Assembly: GCA_951406725.2 (NCBI GenBank)
Contig: OX597822.1
Coordinates: 17,422,001 to 17,486,000, forward strand
Direction of reading: 5' to 3'
DNA length: 64,000 nt
From: Octopus vulgaris
Lineage: Eukaryota
Of this stretch, positions 52,498 to 64,000 are shown in pieces. The notes below the pieces were generated by a model, which saw only the letters and a program-made list of their open reading frames with translations, was not told the origin of the DNA and made no database searches. A program made the position numbers and the translations under genes. How positions within the stretch are numbered: the stretch's first letter is position 1; each line of letters begins with the position of its first letter.

Positions 52498-53347
52498 ATT
52501 CAATAAAATAAGCTCTCAATATATAAATATAATTCAATAATATAAACTATAGCATGAAATAAATTTTTTTAAAATTCATAATTAACTGCAGAATAATATG
52601 CGAGAATAATTTTAAAAAAAACTCGCTTGTGGTTATTAAGAGTTATAATAGTTTTGTAGAAGGAAATAGAATACAATTGGTTTTGCACTGAACGAACAAG
52701 AAAAATTGTTTTGAAATACAATTAAATATCAATTATACAACATTCAGGTGTCACAGACGTTTTTCTTATTTTTTCTTTTATTTTTTTGTGATGTGGTGAT
52801 GGTGGTGGGACATCAGTGCATTTTTAGTCCTATATCCCAAGCTAGAGATTAAATATTGTTCTTCAAATATGAGTCGATGTTACATTATGATGATACAAAC
52901 CAATGTAAGAACTAATAAACTAAATGAAAATGCCATTAACACATTCTAATTAATAATCATAACCTTCCTTTTTTTCCCCAGACAGGAACAATAATTGTAC
53001 ACAACTAGCTGAAGAGTGATATAAAAGAAGTTTTTAAAATTAACAAATAATTAGCATTTCTACAAAATGAATTGCAAATTAATTTCTGATTTGAAAGAAT
53101 GCAAAACACTACACATCAAAAAAATTTCCTCGTGGCCTTTCAATAATATTTCCTTTCCAACTTTGTCAGATTGTTATCAATTATTATTATTACTGCTTCA
53201 TCCAAAATAGAAGAAAGTAAAACAATAATAAAGTGTATACAATTTTTTCTTTTTAGATTCTTGATTTGTAACCTCCTGGGTTTCAAACTCATACAAATAT
53301 GATACTTAACTCTATATATATCTGATACATCTGATACTTAACTCTAA

Positions 53348-53380
<33 letters not shown>

Positions 53381-53494
53381 TTTTTAGAATTTTACTGCTA
53401 AAGACAAAGTATCCAGGTTTAATACTGCGTGTTGTCTCTTAATTTCCGAGAAAGATTGCTATATTTCTTTCATCAGTACTATTGGTATCAAATA

Positions 53495-54118
53495 ATCATC
53501 ATCATTGTTTAACGTCAACTTTCCATGCTAGCATGGGTTGGACGGTTTGACTGAGGGCTGGCGAAATAGGTGGCTGCACCAGGCTCCAGTCTTGATCTGG
53601 CAGAGTTTCTACAGCTGGATGCCCTTCCTAACACCAACCACTCCGAGAGTGTAGTGGGTGCTTTTACGTGCCACTGGCACGGGGGCCAGTCAGGCGGTAC
53701 TGGCAATGACCTCGCTCGAATCTTTTTACACATGCCAACGGCACAGGTGCCAGTAAGGCGATGTCGGTAACGATCCTACTCGAATAGTGCCTCTTACATG
53801 CCACCAGCACGGAAGCCAGTTAGCCGCTCTGGCAACGATCACACTTTGATGGTGCTCTTAGCACCCTACTAGCATGAGGCACAAGTGCCAGTAAGGCGAA
53901 GCTGGTAACAATCACACTCGAATGGTGCCTTTTATGTGCCACTGGCTCGGAAGCCGGTTAGCTGCTCTGTCAACGATCAGGCTCATATAGTGCTCGTTCC
54001 CGTCATCGAATTTCACTTCGATTTTGATTTCAATTTCACTTGCCTCAACAGATCTTCGCAAGCAGAGTTTAGTGTCCAAAGAAGGAAAAGGTACACACAA
54101 GTGGGCTGGTTACGCCCC
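53495..54118 (-). mobile_element. Young RTE-type 3' UTR fragment with internal ~65-bp tandem repeats
   Basis: Intact tail catcattgtttaacgtcaactttccatgctagcatgggttggacgg; CpG-rich; five repeat units at 53657-53988. Confidence 0.8.
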
Positions 54119-56012
54119 AAATAATGATGTAAAAGAAATATGGCAACTATTTCCATTATTATATGACATGAATTTCTTTGATGGACAACATATTTCATTT
54201 TTGATATCTTTAAATTTGTAAAACAAGTGTTTTTTACAATCAGATGCCCTTTAAAATACTGACAAATTAACTATGAAGTAGTTCTTCACATAGGCAAATT
54301 ATACAAAAATGGAAACTATTCTAAACTTGTTCATAATCATTGAAATCTGATTGCTTTCATTAAGTACATTGTGATTAGATATAAACACATGATTAAATAA
54401 TATCTTAAACAACATCTCTGGTAAATTCAAAGATATAAAATGCTTATTTTGCTTATATCTTTTGCTTACCTTTTCATCAGATGATTTTAAAATTACACAT
54501 ATCAACTTTCTAAATTTGTAAAAATGAACAAACACAGAGATAAAATTTAAGAAATTTATAATAGTCAAATTTAATAGTCTTATAGTTACACATTCAACAA
54601 AACAATTGATAAGGCATCAACATTTATCTATATCAATATTTGATAATGGTGATAATTTCAAACAAAGAAAACAAATCACTAGCAGATATTCATTACAGTA
54701 TTATTGTCTTTGTAATATTCCATGTGAAGTTTACATAATTCATGTAATATTATTATTAATGATTGACAGTAAAATAAATTTATGGTGCATCTCATCAATT
54801 GTATATTTTGAAATATGCAAGATAAAAAAACTACAGATAACATATATATATATCAGATGATGCATAATTAATAGCAATTAATCAGAATAATATTTTAATG
54901 ATAGAAATCTACCTACAATGCCTAATTTGCAATGGCTTAAAAGTATCAGTAATGGAAGCATAAAAGTAATTTTGTTAATAATATTAAGTACATAATCAAA
55001 TAAATATTAAAAAATATAGTTGCTGTTTAGTTTCATGTCAGTTCTGACAGAGCAGATGTATGAACATCTCATGTTATTTTTGAACAATGTATCCAAGACT
55101 ATAACTACCTGATGTATCCTTTTACCTTTTTTAAAGATAATAGGGTGTGACTTGAAGTGAACTGGGCTGCTATTTCTAACAAGTGACTGCATAGAAGTTT
55201 TCTCTCATTGACTAATTGTTAAACCTCAATTTAGAAATTGTGTGATTTGTGATGGAGAAAGTTTTAGATATTCATATATCTATAACATATTTTCATAAGA
55301 TATACAGGGACTTGTAAATTGTAGTGATTTCAATTATACTGCACTGTCCAACTTGTAAGCAGAATTTCAGTTATAATTTTTCAAGTTTAGCAAGATTTAT
55401 GTATAATAGCTTAATATTCTTACTTAGAGTTTCATCCCTATTTTCAATGAATTTTTTAACAATAAATTATCAATAAACATTCTCAAAATTGGATGCCATT
55501 CAATAATGAAAATCCAAACCAACACATAAGCAAATACATGTTTAAAATTGTAAAAACAATAAATAAAACTACATTGCTGCAAAATACTCTGAACTTCCAA
55601 AATGTGTAAGTACAAATACGAAAAGACACTTGAAATAATTTCAATTTTACTAACAATCATTTTTGGTTGAGGAGAGAAAGATACAAATTATTTCTGAAGA
55701 AATGTAGCATACATAAAGAAAAGTAGTGCCAAAAGTAAAAAATATCTAAGTTCTAAAAAAACATTACTATAAAAACCATTTCTACAATTAATTTTATGAA
55801 ATGATTTTTATGAATAAGTCAATTTAAATACATAACCAATTAAAACCTGTTCAAATAAGTTATGTGAAATTAAAGGACAATATAACTTAATTAAAGTAAA
55901 CGTTTAAGATCATAGTTAATTCTAATGAAGTGAATTACCATATTCAACATATATCTTACCTAATATCTTAATACATATTATTATTATTATTATCATTATC
56001 ATCATTATTATT

Positions 56013-56600
56013 GTCTACCTCTACCACTACCTCTACCACAGGTAGAGGTAGACCCAGGAAGAAGTGGTGAAGCATGATCTTTGAACTTTGGGCCTCACAG
56101 AGGCAATGACTAGTGACTGAGACCTTTGGTAATATGATGTGCTAGAGAAGACTCGTCAAACCAAATGAAATCGCAGTTGTGGCTGATGCTGGTAACTGGC
56201 ACCCATGCTGGTGGCACGTAAGTAGCACTTTTCATGCATCGGACTACACAGAGGCAAAGTGGCTGATGCTGGTGGCATGTGAACAGCTCCTTTTGAATGT
56301 TGGGCCGCATGGAGGCAATGACTGAGACCTTAGGCATTATGCTGTGCTTGAGAAGACCCATCAAGCCATGTAAACCTGCAGTCATGACAGATACCGGTGT
56401 GAATCAAATGGCACCCATGCTGGTGACATGTAAAAGCACCCATTACACTCTCGGAGTGGTTGACATTAGGAAGGGCGTCCAGCCATAGAAACCATGCCAA
56501 GTTAGACTGGAGTCTGGTGCAGCCTTCCAGCTTGCCAGCCCTGGTGAAACCGTCCAACCCATGCCAGTATGGACAACAGACACTAAATGATGATGATGAT
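56013..56600 (+). mobile_element. RTE LINE 3' fragment with inverted 5' junction
   Basis: GRGRPRK..VVKHDL.TLGLTEAMTSD; 3' UTR homologous to 2290-2740; ends (GAT)n. Confidence 0.85.
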
Positions 56601-57145
56601 TGAGAGAGCAGTGAATGCCATCAAAGTGACACTAAAGTAAAATATATGAGGCCCAGTAAACCCATCATGATTACCCATTTGATAAGGGTATACCAGGCAC
56701 ATTCATCACAACCATATGTGCTCGACATGGTGATCTCATATCAAGCGCATTACTTCGCAGGTATGGCCCAGTTAGGATTTTTGTCAGGTCAAGTAGCCCA
56801 TCCCACTCAAATGGTCCTTAAATAAGGGTTGTTTAAGGATGTTGAATGAGACACTCATGTTTCCAGAGGTGAATTCTTCAAACCACAAAGAATTCCTCTC
56901 AACACATGACTATGATGCTCCCCACTACTTCTGCTCGTGATCAGAAATGCACATATTGTCAGCCACCAAGGGACATGCTCAACTGGTTATAGTCAAACAT
57001 CTGACAAGCAAATCTTTGATATTGAGCAGAATATTTGCTGTAGCGCATCTTTTATACTAAGACAAAAAACATGTGCATGATAACACTTCCAATCAGTTAA
57101 GATCAGAAGCCATGATAGCCAATACCTGGTACTGCATCAGGGCAT
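56601..57145. mobile_element. Unclassified ~545-bp GC-richer segment bounded by microsatellite tracts, probable interspersed repeat
   Basis: Sharp composition change between the (GAT)n tail and (ATT)n; no recognisable peptide. Confidence 0.35.
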
Positions 57146-57154
57146 TTATTGTAA

Positions 57155-57188
<34 letters not shown>

Positions 57189-57212
57189 CATCATTATTAT
57201 TATTAGTGCGTA

Positions 57213-57373
57213 ACTGGTATTTATCATCAAAAGGATGAAAGACTAAGTTGAACCCAACAGAATTTGAAATTAGAATGACAATGATGATGATGATGATGAT
57301 GAATGTGAAGATGGATGAAATGTTGCTAAGTATTTTGCCTGGCTTGCTAACAATTCTGCCAGCTGGCTGCCTT
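57213..57373 (-). mobile_element. Degenerate Deu/Nin-like SINE
   Basis: aaggatgaaagactaagttgaacc..gaatttgaa..gctaacaattctgccagctggctgcctt, similar to the reverse complement of 40537-40675. Confidence 0.6.
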
Positions 57374-57917
57374 CTTTACGTGATCCCTATTCCTCTGAAT
57401 TTGTTAACTGTATATTGCAAAATGTGAATCCACTTGATATATGTTTCTCATGCACCTGTCATATTGTTTTATCCCTTCTTGAGCCTGTTCTAAAAACTCT
57501 GGGTCAATTCTTTCCCACATATGTCACCACTATGTTTTCACTTCAATGACCTATTTTCCACGGTTTGAAGCAGAAAATTAAGCAAAAGTGTTCTACCCAA
57601 TCTTCTGTGTTTAGACAAATCTAGAAATGCTATGGGCATTGCAATCCTGTTGCTCACTGTCAAAGTAAATAGCAAAAAAAAAAAAGAGAAGACTGGAGCA
57701 AAGCAAATGTTCTATAAAGTCTAGTTTAGAACTTTACAGTTCTAATCAATTTGAAATTTTTAAAAAAGGTACCTTTAATCTGGATTGACAACACTTTTTA
57801 GGGTTCTCTAGACAAAATGTGCTGACAACCAATGTTAGCACAACTGGATCTCAATGGGTGTCAGTACAGTTAGAACCGAATGAGTTCTCTCAAACATTTC
57901 TGTAAATTACACTAATA

Positions 57918-59000
57918 TCATCATAATCATTAAATATCTGTTTCCCCATGCTAGCATGGGTTGGACAGTTTGACAGGAACTGGCAAGCCAGAGGACTGCA
58001 TCAAGCCCTACTGCCTGCTTTGGCATGGTTTCTACAGTTGAATGCCTTTCCTTATGCCAACCACTTTGCAGAGTGGGCTGGGTGCTTTTTACATGGCATC
58101 AGCACTGGTGAGTTTACCAAGTAAATTACAAAACAAAAACCCTTAACTGAGAGGAATAATGGTACTGAGGGAGGTCGCTTTGTGGCAGGTAATAAGAGGT
58201 TAAACTATGATAGAAGGATAGAAGCAAGTGTCTTGTTGTAGAAGAGATATATGAATACTCCAGTGGAATGTTACAGAGATCTGGACATAATAGAGGGGAA
58301 GAGAAGGGTAAAGCAGTGAATGATATGCAGCAGGATGACAATGATACAATATGCAGAAAGAGGACAGGTGAGAGAGATGATAAAGTGGCAGTGGGCTGCA
58401 AGGACACAGGGAGGGAGAGAAGCAGAGTGCATGAAGAGATGTAGTTTGGTTGATTGGAGTGGGGTGTGCAAATTAATGTTATGTGTGGGTGAAATACACA
58501 GCACTTCCAGAACTCAGTTTTATGAGGTGGGAGGATCTTCTCAAAAACCTTTTATCACCAAACATCTTGGTCCGTTATCGCCTCCATTTGGCTCAGCATA
58601 TTGCAAGCAGTCCTCATTACTTCATCCCATATCTTCCTGGATTTCCTCTTCTACAGGTCCCATCCACTTTAAGCAATCATCTCTCTTTTATATATCTGCC
58701 TTCATTCATAAGCATTACTTGTCCAAAATATCATTGCATGCTACAACTGATTCCTTTTGTATCTAACTTTACTTTCACACATTTGCACTTTGTTCTACAT
58801 TGTACACTTATGTTGCATGTCCAATGGATCATGTTAGCTTCATTCCTCTAGTCTTTGCACATCCTTTGCATTCAGGCCCATATCTCACTATCACAGAGCA
58901 TAGCCATTCATAAACTAGCATCATACAATCTAGTCTGTCTTTCATTCTGAAGGACAGGCCTTTTGTTGTCAATAGACGTAATAACTTTCTGAACTTTCTC
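57918..59000 (-). mobile_element. Older RTE subfamily: tail, pyrimidine-rich 3' UTR and ORF2 C-terminus
   Basis: Tail ccatgctagcatgggttggacag; minus frame FGQVMLMNE..LKVDGTCRRG..DEVMR; ttctgaactttc/gacaggcc segment parallels 3060-3110. Confidence 0.7.
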
Positions 59001-59099
59001 ATTTCTCTATCAGTATCCAGAAAAATATTCTGGTGATGTAGACTTGAATGTTCTCTCTAGATATACCAAACAATTCTTTCAGATATGGCTAAAAATATT

Positions 59100-59536
59100 T
59101 GGCTGTATGGTTAAGAAGTTTGTTTCCTCACATGGTTTTCAGTTTGGTTCTACTACATGAACCTTTGGACAAGTGTCTTCTACTATAACTTTCAGTTGAT
59201 CAACGTTTTCTAGGTGTATTTGATAGATGGAAACTGAAAAAGGGTGTTGTCAACTTCTGTGCATTTGAGTGTGTGCATATGTGTGTGTGTGTGTGTGTCC
59301 TCATCTTGACATCATGTGATAGTAATAAATGAGTATCACACTAATACAAGCAGTGTTCTTCATTTCTAATATTCTGTGAAGGCGTGTCCAGGCATGAGGA
59401 AACATTACCATGTTTAAAAATAGGTGATGGGATGGGCATGAGGCCAGAGAACTCTGCCTTGAAACATTCTGTATGATCCATGCAAGCATGACAAAGAAGA
59501 TGTTAAAAGAAGAGGATGATGATAATGATGATGATG
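59100..59536 (+). mobile_element. SINE with CORE-like head and RTE-like tail
   Basis: tggctgtatggttaagaag..ttggacaagtgtcttctactata..gatccatgcaagcatgac..gatgttaaa..gatgatga. Confidence 0.7.
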
Positions 59537-60347
59537 AATTTCTCTTTGATGTGTTGTATAATTTTCCTAAAATATCAACTTCCAAAAGGTTTTTTTTCTA
59601 GACATGGCTGATGCACAAATAATCAGATTGAGAAAATGTGTTTAGTTTTACCCATACTGAAGCTATTAAGACCCACTAACATTAAAGTAATGATCCCTTA
59701 AGTATTAGATTCATTCTCTTTAGAGATCATATGCCCAAAATTGATTTAGAAAAAGAATGTTATAGCATGTTTAAATTTTAAAAGTAAAACAAATTAAATT
59801 CTTGCTTATCATGTCCAACTAGATATCATTTGGGGTATATATTAAAAAAAAAAATAGCTCATTAAAAAAATGTATTTGGAAGAATTTTAAATTCAAATAG
59901 CATCATTAAATATTTTAAGCCATATACCACAAATATTGATGTCATTTATGACAGAAGACATTTAGGACATGAAATGACATAAGCATTTAAATGACATATG
60001 CTTTTTGAAAATAATTTTTCAATCAAAGGTTACAAAATATGATATATTGCCACAATTATATCAATTTCTTATTGAAACCATCTTTATAAAACAAAATATG
60101 CAGGAGGTGGATGTCTTATTTTCATAAAAATTGGAAAATTCACTTTAAAAGGTTGCATTGGAAGATAAAACAAAAAAAGAATGTCCTAATTCGATAATTA
60201 AATTCAAATTCTGGAGACTATAACAAGAATTTCTTTGAAGATTATTACTGTACACCTTATTTGCCAAGTGAAGAAATTTTGAAGAGGAGAGTAATTTGAC
60301 AGTACATTAAATATATATATATAAATATAGACACATGTATACACATG

Positions 60348-60349
<2 letters not shown>

Positions 60350-60401
<52 letters not shown>

Positions 60402-60510
60402 GTAGAGAGAGAGAGAGAGAGAGGGGGGGATAGATAGATAGATAGATAGATAGATAAATAGACAGATAGATAGATAGATAGATAGATATACACATATACA
60501 TACATACATA
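60350..60510. repeat. Compound (TA)/(GA)/(GATA) microsatellite
   Basis: Read directly from the sequence. Confidence 0.97.
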
Positions 60511-60695
60511 TGCACGTGTCTGTATTAAGGAGGTAGTAATGTAGATAAACACAATTAGGCTTGACATATACATACATACACACACACACACATACATACA
60601 TACACATTTACATAGAGCACAAAATACTTAAAAACTGAAGAAAATACATAATCGTGTAGTTATTATATGTATACATATGTAAGAGTGGGTATGTA

Positions 60696-60756
<61 letters not shown>

Positions 60757-61899
60757 ATGTCTTCATATGATTTTTAAACTGTCAAATGTTTGTTTATATT
60801 CTTATAGATTGTATCATTCTGAGTAAATATTTTCAAAAACGCTTATGGTTTGTACAGCTTCACTAACTTTCCATCAATTCATTAGACAACCAGTCAAAAA
60901 CTATAAGTTAATGTTTCAAAATACAAATTTTTTTGATTTTTATAAACAAAAGTAAAATGATATCAAAAGAAAACTTATTGTTATGCTAACAGTACAGAAC
61001 TAAAACAAAAATTACTGGCTTAAGAAAATTTTAGTTACATAAGTTTCAATGGTAATATGAGACAGTGCATCAGCCATTCATTTTCCGACTTATAAAAATC
61101 TTCTAACACAACATTTTACTAATAATATTTTCAGTGAATTTAGAACAGTACCTGTTTAAGGAAATTATACTTTAAGTTTCCATATCTCATTTAGCTCAGC
61201 AGGTAGCTCAATTTGACTTATTGATAGGTATAGTGTACAAGTTGTAGATGTCTCATTTACTTTCATTTTAATATGAATATAGTAAAGATAAAAGAAGGAA
61301 ACAGATTTCATTCAATAAATTACAACTTACACACATACACTATGCATTTTTTAATAAAAGCAGTTTCCAATGCATAAATACATACACACACACAAACACA
61401 TATAGTGGATACAGTATGGCTGACTGACTTAGAAGTTCCCTTTACAATCATAAGATACAGAGTTCAATAGCAGTGAATGACATCTTGGGTGAGAGAAAAA
61501 CTTACGTAGTTGTTATCAATGTCATTTTAGCATAGATTCCATAACGAGGGGCCCTTTCCATCCCCAATCAGTTTAAAGTGCAAATAGGTTGTCCCCGACG
61601 AAAGTGAGAAGTCCCTTTACCTTATGTTGTCTCAATTCAGTTTTTCTTCTATGCCATGCATTTTATAGCAGGATACCATTCTGAACACAGAGTGTTATCA
61701 CTTCAGAGTAGGCATATTTCATAATACCAACAACACAAGAGAGTCTGTTCTCAATGACAGTGAAAAACCCCTCTCCAGAATATGCTGCTTCTCTCTCCTG
61801 GTTCCTTCCATTCTGGCATGGTTTTATAATGAGATGCCCTTTCCAACACAAATTCCTTTATATGTTATACATGTACACATATATGTACATGTAATAAGT

Positions 61900-63050
61900 T
61901 AAATTGCTGGATCAGGTGATGAAAGTTACAGAGAGAGTCATAACCCAATTAATTAGAAACAGAATAAGAGCAGATGAGAAAGTATGCTCCACTGGATGTG
62001 CAATGTGTGTGTATGACAGAGTAGAAATGTATTGAGAGAAAAGTTAGGCATTAGAGGAATCAGAGAAAACTGCATTGATTTGGTCACTTGATGTGTATGG
62101 ATGAGGAAAATTATATAAAAAATAAGTGTATGGATTGAACTCATTTGAGATGTAGACTCAGGAAGACAGGGGAGGAAGTACTGAAGGCTGATCTCCAGAT
62201 GCTGAGCCTTACAAAGGAGATATCAAAGGACCTAATGATTGACATTTTGCTGTGCTCAAGAAAACCTGCCCTTTACAGCAAAAACAATATCCTAAATTCA
62301 CTCAGTTGTGCTTGTGCATGTGAGGCACTGTCCCTCTGCCACTCTTCTTTCTTCTTGTCACAGCAAGTATTCTGACCCCTATTTTCATCCCACTCCATAC
62401 ATAGTACTAAGCAGCTGCATCACCTAGCTGAAAGCAGTATCTCCCCACCCCAATCAGTCTCCAGCACCTGGAACTATTTCCATTCCTCATCATCTTCCCT
62501 CTGCTATACTCCATTCTAAATATCTCTGTTATCTACTATCATTCTTAACACCTAGCCATATCCTACCTATTATATTCCATTATGTATCCCAATATCTCCC
62601 TCTCCACTGCTCCTGTACCTTGCACGTCATTCTACTATTTTGGCTTCTACTCTTTTTCTTGTGCCATTTCTATATCACCTGCCTTACAGACTGGTATTTC
62701 CCACCATCTGAACAATCAGCCTTGTTCATCACTTATACACTAACCTCTGTCTCTGTCCTCACACTTTTATGAAAGCATCCACTCTCTCTATCTCCTCCTA
62801 TGATCAACCTTCCATCTCCTCTCTCATTCTTTGAGAGTTTGTTCTAGCATCCCATCACTGCCTTCCTCTTATTTCCTTCAGCCATATATCACATCAAGAG
62901 CAAGACCCTCACCCCTCTATCATACTTTAGCCTTTCAATGCCTATCAAACTGCCACCTACTTCCACCCTTTCCCTTCCAAATACTTCTTCTTAGTAGTAG
63001 AAGCTTTTTCCTTTATTCTTTTTTCTCTATTCTTTCCTGTCTTGCAAGTT
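61900..63050 (+). mobile_element. Older RTE subfamily fragment with internal deletion and pyrimidine-rich 3' UTR
   Basis: KLLDQVMKVTERVI joined to SMLHWMCNV..VLREKLGIRGI..FGHLMCMDE..RKTGEEVLKADLQMLSLTKE. Confidence 0.7.
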
Positions 63051-63124
63051 AAATGGCAGCTTCACTCAAGCTTGAGAGACACTAGTCTTCCCAAAGCCAA
63101 AATTGTAACTGTTGGGTATGTGTA

Positions 63125-63590
63125 TTTACTCTTTTACCTGTTTCAGTCATTTGATTGCAGCCATGCTGGAGCACCGCCTTTAGTCCAGCAAATCGATCCC
63201 AGGACTCATTCTTTGTAAGCCTAGTAGTACTTATTCTATCGGCCTCTTTTTGCCGAACTGCTAAATTACGGGGACTTAAACACACAAGCATCAGTTGTCA
63301 AGCAATGTTGGGGGGGGGGGAAACACAGACGCACAAACATATACACGCACAAACATACACACATACATACACACACACATATATATATACATATATATAT
63401 ACACACACACACATACACATATATATGATGGGCTTCTTTCCGTTTCCATCTACCAAATCCACTCAAAAGGCTTTGGCTGGCCCGAGGCTATAGTAGAAGA
63501 CACTTGCCCAAGGTGCCACGCAGTGGAACTGAACCTGGAACCATGTGGTTGGTAAGTAAGCTACTTACCACACAGCCACTCCTACGCCTA
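63125..63590 (-). mobile_element. tRNA-derived CORE-like SINE, full length and young
   Basis: Minus head gagTGGCTGTGTGGtaag..GGTTCAGTTCCactgcgtggcaccttgggcaagtgtc (A and B boxes); internal microsatellite; tail gcggtgctccagcatggctgcaatcaaatgactgaaacaggtaaaag. Confidence 0.9.
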
Positions 63591-64000
63591 TTTTACTTTA
63601 TAAGTTCATAACCACTCCCATCAAAACATGTGAGTAACAAAAACAAGTCCAGGGAACAATATAATTTACATGGAAATGAATTATAATCTAATGAAAATAA
63701 ATTGGTCATCAAATTAGACAATCAACTAAGTGAGGGTTTATGAGTTCCTAACCACGACAGTCATTTAGGTGTGTCTATCTTTAAACAGAACATTCAGTCA
63801 ATTAATTGAAAAGTTTAGGCACAAGATCCAATGCTTCCTAGTGTCATCCCACTGTGCATCTCCTTGGCTCAGTCCCTTCTACATTGGTCTTGCAAATGAA
63901 ATTTTAGACTAAAGCTGTTCAGAAAACTTCTATTTATTCTTTTATTCTTATTTGTTCCCATTATTAGAACGCAGTCATACTGGGATACTGCAGTGAAGGA

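Noticed and set aside
53657-53995. CRISPR-like array (also considered for 25961-26172)
   Set aside because: Whole units are homologous with no unique spacers; there are no cas genes; the arrays sit inside eukaryotic LINE 3' UTRs.

Overview
AT-rich eukaryotic genomic DNA. The repeat repertoire resembles octopus or another coleoid cephalopod; this is from recall, not a database search. No intact protein-coding gene is visible, and the six-frame ORFs are microsatellite translations or broken transposon frames. The window is a transposon graveyard. It holds several RTE-clade LINE 3' fragments with (GAT)n tails, an R4/Dong-clade RT fragment and a full-length decayed piggyBac with both TIRs and TTAA target sites. 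It also holds a Helitron deletion derivative, a Penelope GIY-YIG fragment with a hammerhead-like motif, several tRNA-derived SINE families and many microsatellites. Four signals stand out. (1) A near-textbook minus-strand recursive splice site (branch point, pyrimidine tract, CAG|GTAAGT, second donor 23 nt on) lies at 52471, with weaker AG|GT sites about 14-17 kb apart and candidate micro-exons; this suggests the window is inside a giant minus-strand intron. (2) A 520-bp segment from 23748-24267 is copied almost perfectly into the middle of the piggyBac ORF. (3) There is a 275-bp near-perfect palindrome. (4) There are two degenerate hammerhead-like motifs. All splice-site calls rest on motifs only and need RNA data.
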